A DNA stretch of 20,000 nucleotides from an uncultured virus (IMG/VR IMGVR_UViG_3300031998_000082) (IMGVR_UViG_3300031998_000082); one strand, 5' to 3'. Positions 1-8,182 are shown, numbered from the stretch's first letter. Program-made: numbers and translations. Notes: generated by a model from the letters alone, not told the origin.

Positions 1-303
1 AAAGCTGATTCCAGCGAAAAGCCGAGCAAAGAGGTAGCGATTGAGATAATCAAGAAGTCTGGTTTTGACTTCAAGGTAAAGGGTAGAAGCGATGATTTGC
101 TGATTATCGACCCGGTAGCTAAGATAGCTGTTGTTTACATCGGTGCAAAGCTGTTTACAGTCTACTTCAATGGCGAAGCAGTCAAGACCATTGTAGAGAC
201 CGCAGGTTTCAAAGTAGTTGATTCAAAAGAGAAGTTTGAATACTTCAGTAAGGTAGATATCAATACGCTGGAAAGTGTGATTAAAGCACTTTCCCAGGCG
301 TAA
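1..303 (+). CDS. Hypothetical phage protein, 5'-truncated by the window edge
   Basis: Frame 1 is open from base 1 (KADSSEKPSKEVAIEII...) to TAA at 301-303, so the track's start at 97 is probably internal. Confidence 0.75.
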   Translation, partial: KADSSEKPSKEVAIEIIKKSGFDFKVKGRSDDLLIIDPVAKIAVVYIGAKLFTVYFNGEAVKTIVETAGFKVVDSKEKFEYFSKVDINTLESVIKALSQA

Positions 304-341
304 GATATAAAATTCAAAAGCATCATGAGAGGAGAAAACTT

Positions 342-1097
342 ATGGCACGATTTAATGCGAGTGAGTCCGCAAATTATGGCGGACAGGGAGGCGGAGGCTT
401 CTTCAGTATTTCAGAACACAAAGGCGTAAAGAGAGTCAGATTTCTTTATAACAACGAGGACGATATTGAGGGCTTCAGTGTTCATGAAGTAGATGTTGGT
501 GATAAGAAGAGGTACGTAAACTGTTTACGTACTTACAGAGACCCGGTTGATATGTGTCCGTTCTGTCGTGAACAGATGAAAACACAGGTCAAGCTTTTAA
601 TTCCTGTCTACAATGTAGATGAGGACCAAGTACAGGTTTGGGACAGAGGCAAGAAGATGTTTGAAAAGATGTCCAGTTTGTGTAGCAGATACGCGAACAA
701 GGATAATCTTGTACAGCATATCTTTGAAGTCGAGAGAAACGGAAAGCCCAAAGACACAAACACGACCTATGAGATTTACGAGGTCGAGAAAGATGATACA
801 CAGCTTGAAGATTTTGAAGATGATATGCCGAAGCTTCTTGGAGGTCTTGTTCTTGATAAGTCAGCTGATGACATGGAGTATTATCTTGAAGAAAAAGAGT
901 TTCCGCCCGATGACGATGAGGAAGAAGAGAGACCGCGCAGACGTTCAAGCAGAGAAGAGACAACTACGCGCAGACGTTCAAGTAAGCGCGATGAGGAAGA
1001 AGATGCGGACGATGATGAGGAAGAAGATGAGAAGCCCACAAGACGTAGTTCCGCACGTTCTGAAAGACGTACACCGTCAAGAAGAGGAGATAAATAA
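342..1097 (+). CDS. Phage single-stranded DNA-binding protein (gp32-like, probably Zn-binding) with a long charged low-complexity tail
   Basis: RBS GAGGAG. Motifs include GGGGFFSI..K..RVRFL, VHEV, YVNCL...CPFC, V.VWDRGK and FEVERNG...TTY, then a D/E/R-rich tail. It lies directly upstream of the polymerase (TAATG coupling). Confidence 0.75.
   Translation: MARFNASESANYGGQGGGGFFSISEHKGVKRVRFLYNNEDDIEGFSVHEVDVGDKKRYVNCLRTYRDPVDMCPFCREQMKTQVKLLIPVYNVDEDQVQVWDRGKKMFEKMSSLCSRYANKDNLVQHIFEVERNGKPKDTNTTYEIYEVEKDDTQLEDFEDDMPKLLGGLVLDKSADDMEYYLEEKEFPPDDDEEEERPRRRSSREETTTRRRSSKRDEEEDADDDEEEDEKPTRRSSARSERRTPSRRGDK
934..982 (+). repeat. 16-bp direct repeat CGCGCAGACGTTCAAG (934-949, 967-982) encoding RRRSS twice
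   Basis: Both copies read directly from the sequence, within the SSB tail. Confidence 0.85.
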
Positions 1098-3412
1098 TGC
1101 CGTTGTTTACGTTGCCTAAGACAAAGACAAATAGAGCTTTAGATAAGTCAATCGCAGGCAAGACAGCTACAGCAAAACAAGTGGTCCCGTCATTAAAGGG
1201 CGGGACCAGTTTAATCGGTAGAATTGAACAGATTAAGCAGATGGTCGAAAAGAATCTTGGAAAGTATCGTGATGAGTATTTATGTATCACAGATAAGGAA
1301 GTGCTTCATGATTACATCACAGAATGTATAGGCAATGGATACTTTTCGCTTGATACTGAGACTGATGGTCTTGACCCGATGCGTAATAAGATTGCGGGAC
1401 CATGTATTTACACATATGGTCAAAAGAGTGCATACATTCCAATCAATCATATTAGCTATATCACACAACAGAAAGCTGTTGGACAGCTTGATGCTGATTT
1501 TGTGCGTGAGGAGTTCAAGCGATTACTGAAGAAAAAGCCAGATATTGACATGTTCAATGCTGATTTTGATATCAGAGTCATGCGACACTTTGGTGTTCCA
1601 GATATCTACTGTACATGGGATGCTTATTTAGGCGCGCGTATTCTTAACGAAAACGAGCCTACAAACAAGCTGAAGCCATTACATCAAAAGTATGTAATGA
1701 ATGGACAGGGTGATGCGTTCACATTTGATGAGCTGTTTAAAGGTATACCGTTTACATTGATACCATACAATATTGGATATCTGTACGCCGCACACGACCC
1801 TATAATTACAACAGAGTTTTCTGATTATCAGAGACAGTATTTGAGACCTGACCATGAGCGTGAAGATATGCGACAGCTTTATTGGGTGTTCAAGAATATT
1901 GAGATGGCTTGTGTTCCTGTTGTAGCAGATATGGAAGATACTGGTGTTTTGATTAATACAGAGTATAGCAAGAGTTTGTCGGAAAAGTATAATGCACTCC
2001 TTGACGAAAAGGTGCAAGCTTTTTACGAGACTTTGAAGCCATATAAAGCTGAGATAGATAAAGCACGAAAGAATGGAGCAAAGCTTGACAATCCAATCAA
2101 TATAGGCAGTTCCGCACAGCTTGCGATATTATTTTACGATATCATGGGTATAGAGCCTGTAAACAAGAAGTCTCCGAGAAGTACAGATGAGGAGACGCTT
2201 ACAAAGATAGATAATGATGTATCAAAAGCAGTATTAGAGCATAGAAGCTTGGCAACACTTGTTTCCACGTTCATAGATAAGCTTCCTGAGTGTGTCAATC
2301 CCGATGATGGAAAGATACATTGTAAGTTCAATCAATATGGGGCAAAGACAGGTAGAATGTCAAGCAGTGAGCCAAATCTTCAGAATATACCAAGTCATAA
2401 TAAAGACATCAGAAAGATGTTTATAGCATCACCCGGATACTTGCTGATGAGTAGCGACTTTTCACAGCAGGAACCTAAATGTCTTGCCGCACTTTGTAAA
2501 GAAGCAGGAGACCCACAGATGTATAACACATTTATGGCAGGTAAGGATTTGTATTCTGAGATTGCTTCCAAAGCTTTTAACAAGCCTTATGATGAGTGCA
2601 GAGAGTTCAATGCAGACGGAAGCAAAAACAAAGAAGGTAAGGAGCGTAGAACGCAGGCAAAGAGCATTCTGTTGGGAGTTTTGTATGGCAGAGGTGAAGC
2701 AAGTATAGCGGAGCAATTAGGCTGTACAGAGGAAAAAGCTAAAGCAATAAAAAGCAGTGTATTCAGAGGATTTCCAGCGATTGAGAAATTTGAGCAAGAT
2801 TCACTTGATATGGCATATGATTTAGGTTATGTCACAACAGTATGTGGAAGAAAGCGTAGATTGCCAGAGCTTCAGCTTGAGGAATATGAGTTTAAATATA
2901 TCAATGGTGTTCCTGTAGATGATGACGTTTTAGACTTCAGCAGTGATTTACCTTTTGATGAGAATGGGAAGCCCGTACAGTTAGAGCAGGAAGTACCCGC
3001 CAAAACGCAGGATTTGCTCAGGAAGCGTCTTAAACGAGCTTGGTTTAAGGATAAGCTTAAAATCAAAAAAGAAGCGCAGGAAAAGGGAATCCTGATAATT
3101 GACAACGGTGGTAAAATCGCAGATGCTACACGACAGGTTGTAAATTCGAGAATACAAGGTAGCGCCGCTGATTTGACAAAGCTTGCCATGATAAAGCTAA
3201 GTAAAAGTGAAAGATTAAAAGAGCTTGGATTCAGATTGCTTATACCCGTACATGATGAGGTCATAGCAGAGTGTCCTGAGGAAAACATCAAAGAATGTTC
3301 CGAGCTGTTGGCAAAAACGATGTCAGAGGCCGCTGAGGAAATTTTGAAGATGCCAATCAAGTGCGATGTCGAGATAACAAAAGAATGGTATGGACAGACA
3401 GTCGAAATCTAA
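1097..3412 (+). CDS. polA: Family A DNA polymerase with a 3'-5' proofreading domain and no 5'-3' exonuclease domain
   Basis: ExoI SLDTETDGL, ExoII FNADFD, ExoIII YAAHD; TGRMSSSEPNLQNIP; motif A SSDFSQQE; motif B RTQAKSILLGVLYG; NSRIQGSAAD; motif C VHDEV. Confidence 0.97.
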   Translation: MPLFTLPKTKTNRALDKSIAGKTATAKQVVPSLKGGTSLIGRIEQIKQMVEKNLGKYRDEYLCITDKEVLHDYITECIGNGYFSLDTETDGLDPMRNKIAGPCIYTYGQKSAYIPINHISYITQQKAVGQLDADFVREEFKRLLKKKPDIDMFNADFDIRVMRHFGVPDIYCTWDAYLGARILNENEPTNKLKPLHQKYVMNGQGDAFTFDELFKGIPFTLIPYNIGYLYAAHDPIITTEFSDYQRQYLRPDHEREDMRQLYWVFKNIEMACVPVVADMEDTGVLINTEYSKSLSEKYNALLDEKVQAFYETLKPYKAEIDKARKNGAKLDNPINIGSSAQLAILFYDIMGIEPVNKKSPRSTDEETLTKIDNDVSKAVLEHRSLATLVSTFIDKLPECVNPDDGKIHCKFNQYGAKTGRMSSSEPNLQNIPSHNKDIRKMFIASPGYLLMSSDFSQQEPKCLAALCKEAGDPQMYNTFMAGKDLYSEIASKAFNKPYDECREFNADGSKNKEGKERRTQAKSILLGVLYGRGEASIAEQLGCTEEKAKAIKSSVFRGFPAIEKFEQDSLDMAYDLGYVTTVCGRKRRLPELQLEEYEFKYINGVPVDDDVLDFSSDLPFDENGKPVQLEQEVPAKTQDLLRKRLKRAWFKDKLKIKKEAQEKGILIIDNGGKIADATRQVVNSRIQGSAADLTKLAMIKLSKSERLKELGFRLLIPVHDEVIAECPEENIKECSELLAKTMSEAAEEILKMPIKCDVEITKEWYGQTVEI

Positions 3413-3427
3413 GAGGAGATAAATTTT

Positions 3428-3784
3428 ATGGCACTATTTGAAGTTAAACCTAAGTTTTATTACGAGCCACATCTTGATATGACTGATAAAAACAAGTGTG
3501 TGGATTTAACTGAGTATTTAGAGCTTGTTAAAGCTATTGATGGAGATAGTAGCTTGACAACAAATGATAAGAACTTTTTTAAGATTCTTGCCACGCGATT
3601 TATCGTGTTTAAGTATGAGAAGTTAGCAGATTTATACGCAAGCACAAAAGACGCTAATATTAAGCGTTGGCTTGAAGCCTTAAAGAGCGTGATAGTAGAT
3701 ACAGATAAAGCTATAGAGTCAGGTTATTTCAAGTATCTTAATGACTATTCAATGTTATTGGAGGATATTGTAGATGAAAAATAA
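3428..3784 (+). CDS. Small glycosyltransferase-associated protein, copy 1 (paralog of 4592-4987)
   Basis: RBS GAGGAG. Aligns by eye with 4592-4987 (ATRFIVFKYEKLADLYA / ATRHIVFNYAKIADFYA; VIVDTDKAIESGYFK / VIIDIDDAIVNGYVK). Overlaps the downstream GT gene by 11 nt. Confidence 0.8.
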   Translation: MALFEVKPKFYYEPHLDMTDKNKCVDLTEYLELVKAIDGDSSLTTNDKNFFKILATRFIVFKYEKLADLYASTKDANIKRWLEALKSVIVDTDKAIESGYFKYLNDYSMLLEDIVDEK

Positions 3785-4592
3785 CTTTGCTTATTTCATA
3801 GCAAGCTATGGTAAGCCTGATAACATTATGACGTTACAACAGCTTAAAGAGCATGATGTAAAATATCCTATCTACATAGTTGTAGGTACTGATGACCCTA
3901 AGCTTGAAGAGTATAAGACTACATACAAAGATAACCTTTTGGTGTTTGATAAAGCTGATTATATCGACAAAATAGATGATATTGGTGTTTATGCTAAAAC
4001 TCATAAAGTGTGTACATATTCGAGATTAGCAGTTCAGGACTTTGCACTTCAGCTTGGTGTGAAATACGTTTGTTATCTTTTTGATGATATACAGTATTTT
4101 CAGATTCGATATGTAAGTGCTGAGAACAAGGTTAAATCAACAAGAAAATTTGACTTTGATAGAATGATGGACATGTATGTTAATCTGTTAAATTCGAGTG
4201 ATGATTTGGTTCTTGTTGGACCACCAAATTCAAGCTTTTATATTGGGGTTAACAGCACTTGTGCGGATAAGTATTCTACAAGATATGGAAATATGTTTAT
4301 CTATGATGTTGAAAGAATGCCAGACGTTTTGAGAACAAGCATACTTGAAGATATGGACATTATATTGCAGAACAACAAAATTGGTAAGATGTCGATATGT
4401 CCATTTGGATTACAAGTATGTTGCCGAGACCCTCACACCACAACAGATTGTTATGGTAATATGAGTAAGTCAGAGTATTACCAGCATCTTGTTCTATTAG
4501 GTCAGAGACCTGTTGCATTGGACAGACCTACAATACCTTATGCAAGTTTTACACCTAAGATAATCAGTCCAGAATACAGGAGGATAGTTTAA
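3774..4592 (+). CDS. Putative GT-A-fold glycosyltransferase (TAGT/GREB1-like), divergent copy 1
   Basis: FAYFIASYGKPD N-terminal strand, SR...A..LG..Y....FDD (degenerate DxD), ILEDMD, C-terminal PKIIS. Clear paralog of 4977-5828. Confidence 0.65.
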   Translation: MKNNFAYFIASYGKPDNIMTLQQLKEHDVKYPIYIVVGTDDPKLEEYKTTYKDNLLVFDKADYIDKIDDIGVYAKTHKVCTYSRLAVQDFALQLGVKYVCYLFDDIQYFQIRYVSAENKVKSTRKFDFDRMMDMYVNLLNSSDDLVLVGPPNSSFYIGVNSTCADKYSTRYGNMFIYDVERMPDVLRTSILEDMDIILQNNKIGKMSICPFGLQVCCRDPHTTTDCYGNMSKSEYYQHLVLLGQRPVALDRPTIPYASFTPKIISPEYRRIV

Positions 4593-4987
4593 TGCCATTG
4601 TTTAAAATCAAAAAAGAAGTTGATACCAAATACACAGCAAAAGTATTACCACCTCAGTATTTACCAAGTGCAATAGCTCCTAAGATGCATGAGCTTTGTG
4701 ATTTAGCGCAGTATAAAAAGCTTATGCAGAATATCAACAAGTCCGATATTCCAGACGAAATTAAAGACTTTCTGAAGCTTGGAGCAACAAGGCATATAGT
4801 GTTTAACTACGCAAAGATAGCAGACTTTTATGCCCATGCAGAACCTGAAGTGCAGAGATTGATGGAAGAATCAGCGTTGGTAATAATTGATATCGATGAT
4901 GCCATTGTGAATGGATATGTAAAGCTGAGTAAAAATATTAAGCAGATTATGGACCAGACAGGAAGAAGGACAAAAGATGAGAGCTGA
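4592..4987 (+). CDS. Small glycosyltransferase-associated protein, copy 2
   Basis: TAATG coupling and RBS GGAGG. Paralog of 3428-3784. Overlaps the downstream GT gene by 11 nt. Confidence 0.82.
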   Translation: MPLFKIKKEVDTKYTAKVLPPQYLPSAIAPKMHELCDLAQYKKLMQNINKSDIPDEIKDFLKLGATRHIVFNYAKIADFYAHAEPEVQRLMEESALVIIDIDDAIVNGYVKLSKNIKQIMDQTGRRTKDES

Positions 4988-5828
4988 TTTTGCCATTTTT
5001 ATACTGACACATGGAAGAGCTGATAATGTGATAACTACAGATACATTAAAGCGATGCGGAAATACAAATAGAATCTATTATATCATCGATAATGAGGATA
5101 AGCAGGCAGATTTATATCGACAGCGATTCGGTGCTGAAAATGTCATTATGTTTGACAAAAAGAAGAAAGCCAAGAGCTGTGATACAATGGATTTAGTTGA
5201 TAATCGAAATATTGTATTGTTTGCACGTAACAGCTGTTTTGAGATAGCTAAGAAGCTTGGCCTGACATATTTTTTAGAGCTTGATGATGATTATACAATC
5301 TTTAGAAGTCGAATGTGGGACGGAGATAAGCTTGCTACAGTCTATTGTACAGATTTAGATTCGGTGATAGATGAGACAATAGATTTCCTTGAAACGAGTG
5401 GAGCAACAACAGTGGCATTTGGACAGACAGGAGATTTTATTGGTGGTAGTGGTTGTAAGCTGTTTAAGGAAAAGATTCTGAGAAAAGCAATGAATAGCTT
5501 TTTCTGTAAAGTTGACAGACCTTTTGATTTTTATGGTAGAATCAATGAAGATGTCAACGCTTATGTATCATTGGGAAGTAGAGGTAAGCTGTTTTTTACA
5601 ATTTCAGATATGACACTAAACCAGCACGACACACAGCAGAACAGCGGTGGTTTAACAGATGCCTACTTACAGATGGGCACATATGTGAAGTCTTTTTACA
5701 CTGTTATGGGAAATCCCTCATGTGTTAAAATATCAGAGATGGGTTGTGGACATAAAAGAATACATCATCTCATAGATTGGGACCATGCAGTGCCAAAAAT
5801 AATAAGCGATAAATTCAAGAAAGGATAA
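4977..5828 (+). CDS. Putative GT-A-fold glycosyltransferase (TET/JBP-associated TAGT/GREB1-like family), copy 2
   Basis: FAIFILTHGRA, FARN, YFLELDDDY (DxD), RKAMNSFF, GRINEDVN (ED motif), QQNSGGL, RIHH, PKIIS. This pattern is recalled for phage nucleic-acid glycosyltransferases. Confidence 0.75.
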   Translation: MRADFAIFILTHGRADNVITTDTLKRCGNTNRIYYIIDNEDKQADLYRQRFGAENVIMFDKKKKAKSCDTMDLVDNRNIVLFARNSCFEIAKKLGLTYFLELDDDYTIFRSRMWDGDKLATVYCTDLDSVIDETIDFLETSGATTVAFGQTGDFIGGSGCKLFKEKILRKAMNSFFCKVDRPFDFYGRINEDVNAYVSLGSRGKLFFTISDMTLNQHDTQQNSGGLTDAYLQMGTYVKSFYTVMGNPSCVKISEMGCGHKRIHHLIDWDHAVPKIISDKFKKG

Positions 5829-5833
5829 TAGCT

Positions 5834-6004
5834 ATGGGAGGAAGAACAAGAAAAGCACCATCAAGAAGGATTCACACAAGAAAGATTGACAGAATGGTTG
5901 CAAAAAACAATATGCGCATTTTAGGCATTTCAGTGCATGATTGCATCAAACATGGAAGATTTTCTGATGCATGGAAAGAGTATTCAAAAGAAGTTAAAGC
6001 GTAA
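5834..6004 (+). CDS. Small basic hypothetical protein (56 aa, MGGRTRKAPSRRIHTRKIDR...), not in the ORF track
   Basis: Manual translation. It fills the gap between the GT and the clamp, has an AAGGA RBS upstream, and its stop abuts the clamp RBS. Confidence 0.7.
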   Translation: MGGRTRKAPSRRIHTRKIDRMVAKNNMRILGISVHDCIKHGRFSDAWKEYSKEVKA

Positions 6005-6016
6005 AGGAGAGACAAC

Positions 6017-7156
6017 ATGGCAGGAAAGAAAAAGACAGAGACAAAGACAGAAGCAGTAAAAGCAAATGTGTTGACGATTTCAGCGGAGACATTCAAGACA
6101 TTGGTAAGCAAAGCTTACAAGGGAGTAGGTAATAACAAGCTTTTACCACTTACACAGTTGATGTGCATCAGAGTAAAGGATGGAGAGCTTACGCTGATTG
6201 TATCAGATGAGACAGGAACCAATTATCTGTATGTGAGACAGAAGAACATTGAAGGAGAGTTTTATGCCACAGTTCTTGCTGACCAATTTGCAAAGCTGAT
6301 AGAGAAACAGACCTGTGAGAAAATCACGATGGAAGCTGATGCTGATAAGCTTAATGTTACAGGTAATGGAAAGTACACTATAGCTTTACAGTATGATGAA
6401 ATGGGTAATTCCATACAGTATCCTGACCCGATTAGTGACTTAGTGATGCCTGAAGCAGGAGCGGGTAATATCAAACTTTCAGTGGTATCAAAGATGCTTA
6501 ATTCTGTAAAGCCTGCGCTTGCTGTTTCGATGGATGCGCCGTATCTTACAGGCTATTATGCAGGAGACATCATTGCCGCGACAAACGGAGATGAGATGAG
6601 CATATACAGTACAGAGCTTATGGAAGAGCCTGTAATACTGTCTCCGACAGTTATAGAGCTGTTATCATTGTCGGCCGATGATAAGTTTTCAGTTGAGCGA
6701 TATGATGAGGGAGTGCTTTTGTTCTATGCTTCAGATATTCAGATTTATACACATGCGATGGAAGGCATTGACGATTATCCTGTAGAAGCACTGAAGCAGT
6801 TTAAAGAAGCAGATATGCCTTACAGTTGTAAGCTGTCAAAGAATGCACTGATGCAGGCGCTTGATAGAATATCATTGTTTATAGGTGCATATGATGACAA
6901 CGCAATCAAGCTGACATTTGATGGTAAAGCTGTCAAGATATCATCACTTGCAAGCACAGGCGTGGAAGACATTACGTATATGTCAGGAAGTAAGGATAAG
7001 TTTGAATGTACTGTTGATTCTGTAGCATTTACAAAGCATGTAAAAGCGCAGTCCACAGATACTGTAGAACTTCAGTTTGGCGATGAGTCAGCAATCAAGC
7101 TTATTGATGGTGATATCGTGCAGATTTTGAGCTTGTTTGAGGAAGATAATGCGTAA
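6017..7156 (+). CDS. dnaN: DNA polymerase sliding clamp (DnaN/beta-clamp-like)
   Basis: 379 aa, acidic, with three repeated beta-clamp-like domains (LPLTQLMCIRVKDGELTL; YLTGYY...ATNG; DYP; LMQALDRISLF; VELQFGDESAIKL). A clamp loader is encoded nearby. Confidence 0.85.
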   Translation: MAGKKKTETKTEAVKANVLTISAETFKTLVSKAYKGVGNNKLLPLTQLMCIRVKDGELTLIVSDETGTNYLYVRQKNIEGEFYATVLADQFAKLIEKQTCEKITMEADADKLNVTGNGKYTIALQYDEMGNSIQYPDPISDLVMPEAGAGNIKLSVVSKMLNSVKPALAVSMDAPYLTGYYAGDIIAATNGDEMSIYSTELMEEPVILSPTVIELLSLSADDKFSVERYDEGVLLFYASDIQIYTHAMEGIDDYPVEALKQFKEADMPYSCKLSKNALMQALDRISLFIGAYDDNAIKLTFDGKAVKISSLASTGVEDITYMSGSKDKFECTVDSVAFTKHVKAQSTDTVELQFGDESAIKLIDGDIVQILSLFEEDNA

Positions 7157-7170
7157 GCTTAAAGCTTGAT

Positions 7171-7205
7171 AAAATAAGAGGTCCGAGAGGGTCTCTTATT
7201 TTTTT
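7171..7205 (+). terminator. Intrinsic (possibly bidirectional) terminator after dnaN
   Basis: AAAATAAGAGGTCC-GAGA-GGGTCTCTTATTTT stem with two G:U pairs and a GNRA loop, followed by a T-run. Confidence 0.9.
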
Positions 7206-7210
7206 GAAAA

Positions 7211-7265
7211 AAAATTTAAAAAAAGTGTTGACAAATGGCTAAACGTGTTATATAATGTTCTTGTG
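7211..7265 (+). promoter_or_regulatory. Consensus sigma-A/70 promoter P1 (repeat copy 1)
   Basis: TTGACA 7228-7233, 17-bp spacer containing AAACGTGTT, TATAAT 7251-7256, upstream A/T tracts. Confidence 0.93.
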
Positions 7266-7303
7266 ATTGAGAGAGACAGCGACAGAAAAGTGAGGTACGA
7301 GAT

Positions 7304-7509
7304 ATGAAGAAAACAAACAAAGTTAATGTGTACATCGAGTTCTTTAATTATTGCGGATTAATGTGTACATCGAGTTCTTTAATTATTGCGGAGAGGTTCA
7401 GAGCAAAGATTTGATAGCAACATTTAATTCAGTTAATTGGGCAAATAAGTTTGTTGATGCTTGCAAAGATGATATTGATGATAGATTTTCAAGATTTGTA
7501 ATAGAGTGA
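7304..7509 (+). pseudogene. Small gene (56 aa if intact) frameshifted by a 35-bp tandem duplication
   Basis: RBS GAGGT and ATG at 7304. As written it stops at 7412-7414 (36 aa). Removing one repeat unit gives MKKTNKVNVYIEFFNYCGEVQSKDLIATFNSVNWANKFVDACKDDIDDRFSRFVIE, ending at TGA 7507-7509 on the next gene's RBS. Confidence 0.8.
7323..7392 (+). repeat. Perfect 2 x 35-bp tandem duplication TTAATGTGTACATCGAGTTCTTTAATTATTGCGGA
   Basis: Units 7323-7357 and 7358-7392 are identical. Confidence 0.97.
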
Positions 7510-7519
7510 GGTACGAGAT

Positions 7520-7771
7520 ATGACAAAATACAGAGGCTACTACATTGACCACGTTGTTTTCAATAGCAAGAAAGATATTGATGAGCATATTAAGAACGAG
7601 CTTATATCTGGTGTTAAAAAGCTTATGAAGATGTTTCTTAGTGCAAGATACAGCGCAGAGGAAAAGATGATTATTTCAGCTTCAATCACCGATAAAGAGC
7701 GAATACTTCAGAAAGAGTGTGGACTTACTGGTGCAGAGATTGAAGAAATCGAGGACAGCTGTTATTGCTGA
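7520..7771 (+). CDS. Hypothetical small early protein (83 aa)
   Basis: RBS GAGGT in the motif GTGAGGTACGAGATATG, shared with the gene at 7304. Confidence 0.85.
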   Translation: MTKYRGYYIDHVVFNSKKDIDEHIKNELISGVKKLMKMFLSARYSAEEKMIISASITDKERILQKECGLTGAEIEEIEDSCYC

Positions 7772-7788
7772 AAAAGGAGGTATGAGAT

Positions 7789-7980
7789 ATGACAAAGACA
7801 CAGAAGAAAAGATTGGCACAAGATTTGATAATGGAGCAAATAGCAATTATTGGTTATGGAGATAGATATAAAGAGTTTGTTGAGCAAATAGGAAGTTCTG
7901 AAGAAGCAGATAAAATTTTGATGGAGCAGATGGATAGAGTTGCTAAAATGTTCGGATTCAACAGTGCTTGGTTTGCGTGA
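7789..7980 (+). CDS. Hypothetical small early protein (63 aa)
   Basis: RBS AAGGAGGT; tightly packed with its neighbours. Confidence 0.85.
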   Translation: MTKTQKKRLAQDLIMEQIAIIGYGDRYKEFVEQIGSSEEADKILMEQMDRVAKMFGFNSAWFA

Positions 7981-7993
7981 AAGGAGAGACAAT

Positions 7994-8182
7994 ATGAAAG
8001 CTTTTGGAAAATGGTTAGTTATGGCGACAGTAAATGGTAAGTCAAGAATTGCACATCCGGGTTTCAAGACAAAGAAAGAAGCAGAGATAACGCTTGCATC
8101 AGCAGGATTTAAGAAAGTAGATGAGAATCTGTGGGAAGATAGCTTAGGACAGCAGTTTTACATCGAGAAAAATAAAAAATAA
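7994..8182 (+). CDS. Hypothetical small early protein (62 aa, MKAFGKW...)
   Basis: RBS GAAAGGAG precedes ATG 7994; start revised from the track's 7940. Confidence 0.8.
   Translation: MKAFGKWLVMATVNGKSRIAHPGFKTKKEAEITLASAGFKKVDENLWEDSLGQQFYIEKNKK

Noticed and set aside
2876..3100. PolA insertion as an intein or homing endonuclease
   Set aside because: It has no splice-junction residues and no LAGLIDADG or HNH motifs.
7323..7392. 35-bp repeat as a mini CRISPR array
   Set aside because: The copies are directly adjacent with no spacer and lie inside a coding frame, so it is a simple tandem duplication.
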